From a virus, in the IMG/VR virus record IMGVR_UViG_3300047160_002873, positions 6,173-70,172 of that record: a stretch of 64,000 nt of DNA; one strand, 5' to 3'. Numbering within the stretch: position 1 is the first letter of the stretch; each line of letters opens with the position of its first letter. The translations under genes were made by a program, and so were the position numbers. The notes beneath the pieces are model-generated. The model ran no database searches and had not been told where the DNA came from. It worked only from the letters and a program-made list of their open reading frames with translations. This document shows positions 37,501 through 43,874 of this stretch, one piece after another.

Positions 37501-38679
37501 GGCGCGCTGACCACGACCAACATGGCCCCACTGCAGGTCGATGCGAACGGCAACCTGCGCGTCAATATCATGGCCGGCGCCGGTTCGGGCGGCACGAGCA
37601 GTACTGTCGGTGGCGCCATGCCCTCGACGGCTACGGTGGCCATGGGTTCGGTTACGACTGCGGCCCCCTCCTACACCACTGCCACCGCGAATGCCCTCTC
37701 CCTGACCACCGCAGGGGCTCTGAGAGTGGACGGAAGCGCGGTTACCCAGCCGGTATCAGGAACCTTCTGGCAGGCGACCCAGCCAGTGAGTGGTACTTTC
37801 TGGCAGACGACCCAGCCGGTCTCCCTGACCTCCACCACGATCACAGGTACGGTCGCTTGTACCCAGTCCGGCAACTGGACATCGCGGATCGTGGGGAACG
37901 CGGGAGCCACGCTGGATGCCGTTATCGGCAACGCGACGGCTCCGACCAATATGCTGGCGGTGGGTGGCGTCTTTAATACGTCCCGGCCGACACTCACGAC
38001 AGGCCAGTCCGCGGCGTTCCAGTCGAATAGCCAAGGTGTGCAGCTGGTTGACGGCAGCACGGTGACGCAACCGGTGTCGGGCACATTCTGGCAGGCAACC
38101 CAGCCAGTCAGCGGAACCTTCTGGCAGACAACCCAGCCTGTGAGCATTGCAGCCGCAGTCAACGTCAACGCCACCCAGACCACCAGCCCTTGGGTTGTGG
38201 CAGGCGATACTGCTTCCGGCTCCGCTGACGCGAACAACCCAATCAAGGTTGGCGGTGTTGCTCGCACCGCAAACCCGACCGCCGTCACGACCGGCCAGCG
38301 GGTTAATGCCACGTTCGATAAACTCGGCAAGCAGGTGGTGGTCGGCGCGATTCGCGATCTCAAGGGTGTGCAGAAGACTTCCATAACCGTCAACACCGAA
38401 ACAACGGTCGTGACGGCAGGCGGCGCCGGCGTCTTTAATGACGTCTATGCCATCACGGTGACGAACAAGAGTGCGACCTCGGTCTTCGTCGACTTCAAGG
38501 ATGCGACTGCTGGCACCATTCGCATGACCTTGGCCGCCCCGGCCAACGACACGAGAGGCTTCACTGTGCCCGTCGATTCAGCCATGGTGCAGGCAGTAGC
38601 CGCCAACAACTGGACAGCCACAGTGAGCAGCGCCGTGACCTCGATCGAGATCACCGTGCTCTATGTGCAGAACATATAG
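31501..38679 (+). CDS. Giant beta-repeat fibre/adhesin protein (2392 aa)
   Basis: Many TQPVSGTFWQA, SLPTGAATSANQP and LSLTTAGALRVDGS repeats; T/G/S/A-rich; unique insert near 36190-36600 and a C-terminal globular domain. Confidence 0.8.
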   Translation: MADPIVHVTNGIPDAGTGNITTLGQTLLDGANIVFGATSDLAITAGAAGTISAKLRSISRDIVGGIVLQTGANVIGAVTQSAGPWSVSGTVAATQSGAWNIGNITGTVSLPTGAATSANQPTNVTQASTTSGQTGSLSFGAVTTAAPSYGTGQSSPVSLTTAGALRTDSSAVTQPISGSVTVTGTTTVTGTVAATQSGTWNIGTLTSITNPVAVTGTFWQATQPISAAALPLPSGAATSANQTTAAAQGSATSGQTGPLVQGAVTTSAPTYTTATTQPVSLTTAGAIRVDGSATTQPVSGTVAATQSGNWSSRLQDGSGNAITSDARGTARPLAVEILDASGNQITSFGAGSGPSFGAAFPSTGQAIGVKDSTGVNMTNLKANASNALVVDGSAVTQPVSGTFWQATQPVSGTFWQATQPVSAASLPLPSGASTSANQPTNAAIASTTSGQTGNLSFGAVTTAAPAYTTAQSNPLSLTTAGALRVDGSGVTQPVSGTVAISGTVAATQSGTWNITNITGTVSLPTGAATSANQPSNASLGSATSGQTGHLALGAVTTAAPSYTTATSNVLSLTTTGALRVDGSGVTQPVSGTVTASQGGTWTVQPGNTANTTPWLISIQQGGNTAAVTAASALKVDNSAVTQPVSGTVAATQSGNWTSRTVGNAGAILDFAGQNASAPANSFLVGGEFNTTPTTISSGNASPLQLDSAGNLLVNVKAGGAAGGTSSSFGAAIPGTGTAAGFSDGTNMQLARVFDGDTGAGTQYSLGVLLKTPASGGAVDVGVSGQPLRVDPTGTTTQPVSGTFWQTTQPVSGTVTANQGSPPWTVKPDGTVWGVTGTSANVNLTNASVAVTGTFWQATQPISAASLPLPTGAATSANQPTNAALGSTTSGQTGYLALGAVTTAAPTYTTAQSNALSLTTAGALRVDGSGVTQPVSGTISVSGTVGVTQSGTWTVQPGNTANTTAWLVTGTGGTFPATQSGTWNITNVSGTVSLPTGASTSANQPSNAGQGSTTSGQTGTMAMGAVTTGNPTYTTGQTSPLSLDTSGALRVNVIAGSGGGGTSSSFGSAFPATGTAIGAKDSAGTNMTFLQVNSSNALKVDGSAVTQPVSGTFWQATQPVSGTVTANQGGAPWTMKPDGTVWTLTGTSANVNVTNSVTISGTVTVTGTVAATQSGNWTSRIVGNAGATLDAVIGNATAPTNMIAVGGVFNTTRPTLTTGQSAAFQSNSSGVQLVDGSTVTQPVSGTFWQATQPVSGTVTVTQGTAANLNATVTGTVGVSGTVACTQSGTWNITNISGTVSLPTGAATSANQPTNASLGSTTSGQTGYLALGAVTTSAPTYLTAQTNALSLTTAGALRVDGSGVTQPVSGTFWQATQPVSGTVTANQGGTWTVQPGNTANTTPWLAKIGDGTNSAAIKAASTSAVAGDPALVVAISPNSATVAATQSGTWNINNISGTVSLPTGAATSANQPSNIAQAAATSSQTGTLAMGMVTTGNPTYTTGTINGMSLDTSGALRVNVIAGSGGGGTSSSFSSAFPATGTAIGATDGTNMKPLKVDGAGNLNVVSTPTIWTQTNNWTSATPGNSTVLLYNGTSLVETVLAGQLTTTSTITAGALTFEESWDAGTTWKSVPAARMLDPSTGFQLSNPYTLAPTTTQPFQIVIDGAAQIRSRLSTAITGTGTLTIGWTMANLSGPVPIIQQGAPFYSNIQQWGNTALGAPSNYGTSPGAVSVPGVNAFVTNTVAVSGTFWQATQPVSGTVTANQGGAPWAQNVSQFGGTNISTGTGVGGAGIPRVTVSSDSTVGVSGTVTVSGTVTANQGGTWTVQPGNTANTTAWLVTGTGGTFPVTGTFWQATQPVSGTVSAQSSTSPVSTMNSASANTGLNAAMAGVFDDVTPTAITENNFGFVRMSANRNLYGTIRDAAGNERGVNVTTGNALTVDGSATTQPVSIAASVTVQQATSSNLKGQVDPLTPASWAIGTSTYNSALATNGHLALAQFQTSPGALTTTNMAPLQVDANGNLRVNIMAGAGSGGTSSTVGGAMPSTATVAMGSVTTAAPSYTTATANALSLTTAGALRVDGSAVTQPVSGTFWQATQPVSGTFWQTTQPVSLTSTTITGTVACTQSGNWTSRIVGNAGATLDAVIGNATAPTNMLAVGGVFNTSRPTLTTGQSAAFQSNSQGVQLVDGSTVTQPVSGTFWQATQPVSGTFWQTTQPVSIAAAVNVNATQTTSPWVVAGDTASGSADANNPIKVGGVARTANPTAVTTGQRVNATFDKLGKQVVVGAIRDLKGVQKTSITVNTETTVVTAGGAGVFNDVYAITVTNKSATSVFVDFKDATAGTIRMTLAAPANDTRGFTVPVDSAMVQAVAANNWTATVSSAVTSIEITVLYVQNI

Positions 38680-38684
38680 GATGA

Positions 38685-39224
38685 GTGATGGACGGGCCTT
38701 GGGTCAGCAACCTGCTGGAGCCTCATAATGTCGGCAACAGCCTCGGCACTGTCACGCTGACCACGACGGCGCAGATACTGTGCCCGACCAACATGCTGCC
38801 CAATCTGGCCAACTGGTTCAATTATGTTGGCAAGGCGCTTCACATAAAGGGCGTCGGATGGACAACGACGGGAGCGACCCCGGGCAATCTTGGATGGTCG
38901 ATCCTGTATGGCCCCAACACGAACAATGTCGGGTCAAATATTGCCTCGGTCCTGTTTGCAGGGACAAATAACTCGACGACGTCGACATTCATGTTCGATC
39001 TGTGGGTTCGATGTCAGGCAACCGGGACTAATGGGACGCTATGCGCTGGTGGTGTTTTCTTCAGTCAGAGTCAGGGCCTGTGGAACTTCAACTTTTCCGG
39101 CTCGCCGATCTTCACTGGCTGCGATCTGACGACGTCGGCCTACATGAGCCCACAACTCTACAGAACTGGCAGTACGGCCGAGCAGGCAGCGATCTTGGAC
39201 ATATGGTTTGAGAGTTTGAACTAA
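38685..39224 (+). CDS. MDGP-family beta-sandwich protein, paralog 1
   Basis: MDGP start, N.F..VGK.L, VRCQATG..G.L, ends WFESLN. Confidence 0.75.
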   Translation: MMDGPWVSNLLEPHNVGNSLGTVTLTTTAQILCPTNMLPNLANWFNYVGKALHIKGVGWTTTGATPGNLGWSILYGPNTNNVGSNIASVLFAGTNNSTTSTFMFDLWVRCQATGTNGTLCAGGVFFSQSQGLWNFNFSGSPIFTGCDLTTSAYMSPQLYRTGSTAEQAAILDIWFESLN

Positions 39225-39225
39225 A

Positions 39226-39771
39226 ATGGATGGCCCCCAATTCAACGGCAATTTTTATTGCGATACCAAGCCGCCGTTTTATGCGGTGAGCGATTTGCCG
39301 ATTACGCTGACGGGCTCGTATCAACCTGTCGTCTCGGCTGGAGCGTTGCCATGGATGCCGCCTAATTACTTCACGCCCGGCAAGCTGCTTTACATGCGGA
39401 TGATGTTTCAATGCACCTCTCAAGCAACGCCGGGAGCAATCTTTTTCCAAGTGATGCTTGGCGACAATACGGCCAACAACGGACAGTCACTCGTCAACGT
39501 GGGTCTGAACTGGACGGCGAACAATTCCAATGTAACCTCGACCTTTGAGTGCTGGATGAAGTGTCGCGCCTCGGGGGTCTCCGGCAGCATCCTGACTTTT
39601 GGCACCCTCTTTGTCGGCGGCACGGGCATCATCATGGTGCCGCCTTCTGGGCCCGGCTCAGTCACCATCGACACGACGCAGTCTGGCTATCTTTCCACGC
39701 AGGTCAATCGGAGTGGCAGTACCGGGGAGACATTCCAGTTTCACGACATCTTCTTCAGGGCGATGAACTAA
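39226..39771 (+). CDS. MDGP-family beta-sandwich protein, paralog 2
   Basis: MDGP start, NYFTPGKLL, KCRASGVSG, ends FFRAMN. Confidence 0.75.
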   Translation: MDGPQFNGNFYCDTKPPFYAVSDLPITLTGSYQPVVSAGALPWMPPNYFTPGKLLYMRMMFQCTSQATPGAIFFQVMLGDNTANNGQSLVNVGLNWTANNSNVTSTFECWMKCRASGVSGSILTFGTLFVGGTGIIMVPPSGPGSVTIDTTQSGYLSTQVNRSGSTGETFQFHDIFFRAMN

Positions 39772-39773
39772 AG

Positions 39774-40307
39774 ATGGATGGACCATTCTACAACGATTCA
39801 AGGCCGCCGTTTCCAGTGACGACGAGCCCCAGTGCGATCACTCTGACGGGATCGTATCAGCCGATCGTCCCGACAGCATGGATGCGTCCGCTCGGCAATT
39901 ACTTCAACTGGGTGGGCAAGCTTGTTCATCTAAGGCTAATAGCCACGACCACGTCCGGCGCGACGCCGGGAACGTTCAATGTGGGCGCCTACTGGGGCAA
40001 CAATACTGCCGGCAATGGTACGCAGCTTTGCGCTGTAGGCTTCACTTGGAACGCGAACAACGTCAACGTATTCACGCCAATCGACCTGTTTGTCCGATGT
40101 CGGGCGCTCGGGACCAGCGGCTCGCTGTTCGCCTACGGAACGTGCTTTCTCGGAGGCTCCGGGATAATTTTCTACAGCTTCAACAACCCGGCTGCGGTGA
40201 CGGTCGACCTGACGCAGCCAAATTATCTCTCTGTGCAGCTGTTTCGTTCGGGAAGCACCGCCGAGACAGTCACGACCTATGATGTATACTGGCAGACACT
40301 GAATTAG
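39774..40307 (+). CDS. MDGP-family beta-sandwich protein, paralog 3
   Basis: True start ATG 39774 (MDGPFY); NYFNWVGKLV, VRCRALGTSG, ends YWQTLN. Confidence 0.75.
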   Translation: MDGPFYNDSRPPFPVTTSPSAITLTGSYQPIVPTAWMRPLGNYFNWVGKLVHLRLIATTTSGATPGTFNVGAYWGNNTAGNGTQLCAVGFTWNANNVNVFTPIDLFVRCRALGTSGSLFAYGTCFLGGSGIIFYSFNNPAAVTVDLTQPNYLSVQLFRSGSTAETVTTYDVYWQTLN

Positions 40308-40319
40308 GGGAGACGAACA

Positions 40320-40871
40320 ATGGATGGTCCGTTCTGGGTTGATCTTCGCGCTCCACACATGAGTGCCGATACTTCCTCGACGACGCTGACCACGACGGCA
40401 GTGGCGATTCTTCCGACCGCCATGCTGCCGGTGCTCGGCAGCAACTATTTCGGGTTCGTCGGCAAGGCGGTCAGGATGAGAATATGGGGCCAGATGACGG
40501 CGGTCGCGACGCCGGGCAACATCACGGCTCAACTTTTCTGGGGGACCAATGCGAACGCCAACGGCACCTCACTGGTAGCCACCGCCGCGACCGCGCTGAC
40601 GGCAGGCACGAACCTGTCGTGGGAGCTTGATATCTTTGTCCGCTGTCGCTCGCTCGGGTCTTCAGGCTCATTGATTGCACATGGCATGTTGAACGCGAAC
40701 GTCGCGCTGATTGCCTCGACCCTGCAGCCGGTGATGCTGCCGGCTTCCGCAGCTTCGGCTACGACAGTCGACCTGACGGCGAACAACGTGCTCTCTCCGC
40801 AGATGATTGCGAGCGGTTCTGCCGGTTCTGCCGTGATAGTCCACGAGTACACGTTCGAGGCGATGAATTGA
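40320..40871 (+). CDS. MDGP-family beta-sandwich protein, paralog 4
   Basis: MDGPFW, NYFGFVGKAV, VRCRSLGSSG, ends TFEAMN. Confidence 0.75.
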   Translation: MDGPFWVDLRAPHMSADTSSTTLTTTAVAILPTAMLPVLGSNYFGFVGKAVRMRIWGQMTAVATPGNITAQLFWGTNANANGTSLVATAATALTAGTNLSWELDIFVRCRSLGSSGSLIAHGMLNANVALIASTLQPVMLPASAASATTVDLTANNVLSPQMIASGSAGSAVIVHEYTFEAMN

Positions 40872-41566
40872 ACAGCAGCAGCAGCCTGCTGCTGCAGGAA
40901 GTACACAAAGCGGCGGCCTATTTTCGGGAAGACGCAGCGAGGCGAGGGATAAGGCCGATCTCTCGCCTTTACACAGTTTTGGATCACGGTGGCGGATGGA
41001 GGTTTGTGGTGACGCCGCGGTGGGAGATCAAACACCATCTCGTCGAGAAGGAACGGGCGATCATGGTGCCCAAGGTTCTGATTGCGGAACCTGTCGGCTG
41101 GGATGATCTTCCTCGCACGATCAGGCTGGCGGAGCGCTATGCGACGGCAAAGATGTCAGGACGCAATGCGTGCGGAAAGTGCGAGCAGTGCTGTATCACT
41201 CTGCGGATCAACGAGAAGCAGCTTATAAAGCCGGCGCACAGTCGCTGCCAATACCTTGATGCGCTCCTCGGAGGCTGTGGCATCTATCCGGCACGCCCAC
41301 CTGTTTGCAAAGCATTCGAGTGTGAATGGCTCAAGTCACAGCGGCTCAATGACAAGATGCATCCCGATCTGCGGCCGGACAAGTGTGGAGTGATCTTCAC
41401 GACGGCAACATCGGTCAACAACTTTGATCCGGAGATCATCGAGGCACATCCCGATGTTCACCGGAAGACTGATCCGTTCAAAGGGAAGCTCGTGCGCAGG
41501 CATATTGCTGCGCTGGAGAAGTTCGGTCAGCGGGTGATCCGCGTCACTCATTACGAGGACGTGTGA
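40868..41566 (+). CDS. YkgJ/FliB-like CxxCxxCC (putative Fe-S or Zn) protein
   Basis: CGKCEQCC...C..L....CGIYPARPPVCKAFECEWL. Confidence 0.7.
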   Translation: MNSSSSLLLQEVHKAAAYFREDAARRGIRPISRLYTVLDHGGGWRFVVTPRWEIKHHLVEKERAIMVPKVLIAEPVGWDDLPRTIRLAERYATAKMSGRNACGKCEQCCITLRINEKQLIKPAHSRCQYLDALLGGCGIYPARPPVCKAFECEWLKSQRLNDKMHPDLRPDKCGVIFTTATSVNNFDPEIIEAHPDVHRKTDPFKGKLVRRHIAALEKFGQRVIRVTHYEDV

Positions 41567-43185
41567 TGACGCAGGTCTTTCTAACCAACGCATCATCCTC
41601 ACCATGGACTGTCCCGACCAACTTCACGACTGGTCCGACGGGTGGGCCGAATACGATTGTGGATACAAGCGGTGTGGTGTCGGCGAGCACTTCGCTGGCA
41701 ATCGGGTCATCATCGGCACAGACGGGAGTCGGTCAGTCGTTTCAGGTGCCCACTGCCGATCTCGGCATGGCGTGCAACAGCATCAACGTCATGATGTTTG
41801 TGACGGGGTCTCCGGTCGACAATCTCATCATGAAGCTATGGTCCGGGGTGCCGGGCACCACCCTGCTTGCCACAGCTACTGCGGTCGCGGGCAATTCTCT
41901 GACGGGCACTTTCGTCACTCCTGCCTATCAAACTTTTACGTTTCCTTCACCCGGGCAGCTGCTGTCGGCCGCGGTTGAGGGAGCCAGCTGGACGATCGAA
42001 CGGAGTGGCGCAGTCGACGCTGCCAACTATTGCTCGATTTCTGGCACGACTTCAGGAAGCGTCTATGTCGGCGGCATGGTGTATCTCCAATCTGGCACAT
42101 GGGGCAGTTTCTCCGCATCCGACGTGATTTTTCAGGTCATCAACTCCAATGGAATAACCCATACCGTTGAGATTGTCGGCGCAGGCGGGAACGGAGGGGC
42201 GGGTAACACAGGTGGCGCCTCGCAGGCCGGGGCTGGTCCGGGCGGTGGCGGGTACGGCAAGTTTACCTATTCCTCTGGCACCATGACGCCGGGAGGCACA
42301 ACGGTTGCTTTTTCGGTAGTTGCTGGTGGAGCGGGAGGTGGCACTACGGGGACTGCCTCTTGGTGGGAAGCATCCGCCAATGGCTATACGGCTGGCGGAG
42401 GTGGCACTTCCTCGAACGGCCTTACTGCCGGGACGGCTGGCGCTGCGGGAGCATCAGTCGGGTCTCCGGCGATTGTTTATACGGTAACGACTTCCAAGGC
42501 TGGTGGTGCTGGTGCGGCTGGTTCGCATGGTGGCGGTGGTGGTGGCGGGGCTGGTGGCCCCAATGCCGCCGGGGGAGCCGGTGGTGCTGGTGGGGGCACA
42601 ACAGGTGGTGGCGGTGGTGGCGGCGGAGCGAATAATGGCACTACCGGCAATGGTACCGCTGGGGTCTCTCCCACGCACGGCAATGGTGGTCAAGGCAATT
42701 CAGGGACACCCGGAACAGCGAACGGCCAGTCTGGCACCGGGAGCAGCGGCGGTGCCGGCGGTGATGGTGCAGCGAGCGGGAATGCGACTCCGGCAGGAGC
42801 TGGCGGAGGTTCCGACACCACTTGGGATGGATCGCATGGCACGGGCGGTGGCGGTGGGGGTGGTGGTTATCCGGCGGCGAACAGTGTCCAGAGTACTGTA
42901 GCAGGCAACGGTGGAAACTATGGGGGCGGTGGTGGCGGATCAGCCTCCGCACGAGGCACCGGTTCGACCGTAACTCCCGGTACAGGAGCCGGCTCTTTAG
43001 CTATTATATTTTATAATCCATCGGTGGCGCCTCCCGCAGGCCTTCCATTGACGCAGACACTTTTGCGTCCCGGTCTTGGTCCTGTGGTTCATCGTGCTCA
43101 GATGTTTCCTTTTGCCATTCCGGTCACTGCTGCTGCTCCGCCGCCAGTAACGGGGAGCACTTTGCCAACGATGGGTGTAGGATGA
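41563..43185 (+). CDS. Glycine-rich fibre/virion protein
   Basis: WTVP..., inserted beta domain, VEIVGAGG.GG and poly-Gly tracts, GGNYGGGGGG; C-tail LPTMGVG. Confidence 0.75.
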   Translation: MMTQVFLTNASSSPWTVPTNFTTGPTGGPNTIVDTSGVVSASTSLAIGSSSAQTGVGQSFQVPTADLGMACNSINVMMFVTGSPVDNLIMKLWSGVPGTTLLATATAVAGNSLTGTFVTPAYQTFTFPSPGQLLSAAVEGASWTIERSGAVDAANYCSISGTTSGSVYVGGMVYLQSGTWGSFSASDVIFQVINSNGITHTVEIVGAGGNGGAGNTGGASQAGAGPGGGGYGKFTYSSGTMTPGGTTVAFSVVAGGAGGGTTGTASWWEASANGYTAGGGGTSSNGLTAGTAGAAGASVGSPAIVYTVTTSKAGGAGAAGSHGGGGGGGAGGPNAAGGAGGAGGGTTGGGGGGGGANNGTTGNGTAGVSPTHGNGGQGNSGTPGTANGQSGTGSSGGAGGDGAASGNATPAGAGGGSDTTWDGSHGTGGGGGGGGYPAANSVQSTVAGNGGNYGGGGGGSASARGTGSTVTPGTGAGSLAIIFYNPSVAPPAGLPLTQTLLRPGLGPVVHRAQMFPFAIPVTAAAPPPVTGSTLPTMGVG

Positions 43186-43203
43186 AGTGAAGGAGGACAA
43201 GTC

Positions 43204-43581
43204 ATGGACACAGACGCACTGCTCAAGCCGATCGAGGCGACCGATGATCCGGTCGAAGCATGGAAGGTAGTCGTCGAGGCCAACACCGCGGCGATCAAGG
43301 AGATGCGGATGGACCTGCAGACGTGTGACAACGCCGACAAGGTCCATGCGATCATGGCGAAGGCCGAGAAGGCGATGGAAGACCTCTCGGTGAAGAGCCA
43401 GAAGATACCGCAGTGGGTGAAGGACGGTAAGCAACCGCCGCAGTCGGATGCCCCGTACGGGCAATACCCGATCTATCAACCACTCAACCCGGCCAATCCG
43501 GTGCCGTGGCCTCCCGGCTACGATCCCGGCGACAATTCCGTCAAAAAGGACTTCGGCAAGCAGGAAGGAGCCAAGTCATGA
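43204..43581 (+). CDS. Hypothetical protein, Pro-rich C-terminus
   Basis: AGGAGG RBS; YPIYQPLNPANPVP. Confidence 0.6.
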   Translation: MDTDALLKPIEATDDPVEAWKVVVEANTAAIKEMRMDLQTCDNADKVHAIMAKAEKAMEDLSVKSQKIPQWVKDGKQPPQSDAPYGQYPIYQPLNPANPVPWPPGYDPGDNSVKKDFGKQEGAKS

Positions 43582-43874
43582 GCCCGACACCGATCCGCGA
43601 TCCCAACGCGCCACCTGATCCCAGCGAGCTTCGCGAGATACCCGACTATCAGCATATGCCGATCTACGAGGGTCAGCCGCATAACCCGGTGTTACCGGGC
43701 GTGCCGCCGGGCCCTGACGACCCTGTAGGCATCCCTCCGGACCCGCCATGGCAGCCGGGCGACGGAAAACCCCCGGGCGTGGGTGGTGGGCCTCCTGACG
43801 TCGGGCCTCCGGGCAAGCCTCCAGCGAAAGAGGAGGAGGACGATCCCCATCCGAAGGCGAAGCATAAAAAATGA
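43578..43874 (+). CDS. Pro-rich hypothetical protein
   Basis: ATGA overlap, AGGAG RBS; MPIYEGQPHNPVLP. Confidence 0.55.
   Translation: MSPTPIRDPNAPPDPSELREIPDYQHMPIYEGQPHNPVLPGVPPGPDDPVGIPPDPPWQPGDGKPPGVGGGPPDVGPPGKPPAKEEEDDPHPKAKHKK

Noticed and set aside
31501-38679. Repeats as a CRISPR array or DGR template/variable pair
   Set aside because: The repeats are in-frame protein repeats differing at synonymous positions, not adenine-specific. No cas or reverse transcriptase gene is present.
39549-39773. N-terminal extension of paralog 3 in the ORF track
   Set aside because: It overlaps paralog 2 in another frame; the shared MDGP start indicates ATG 39774.
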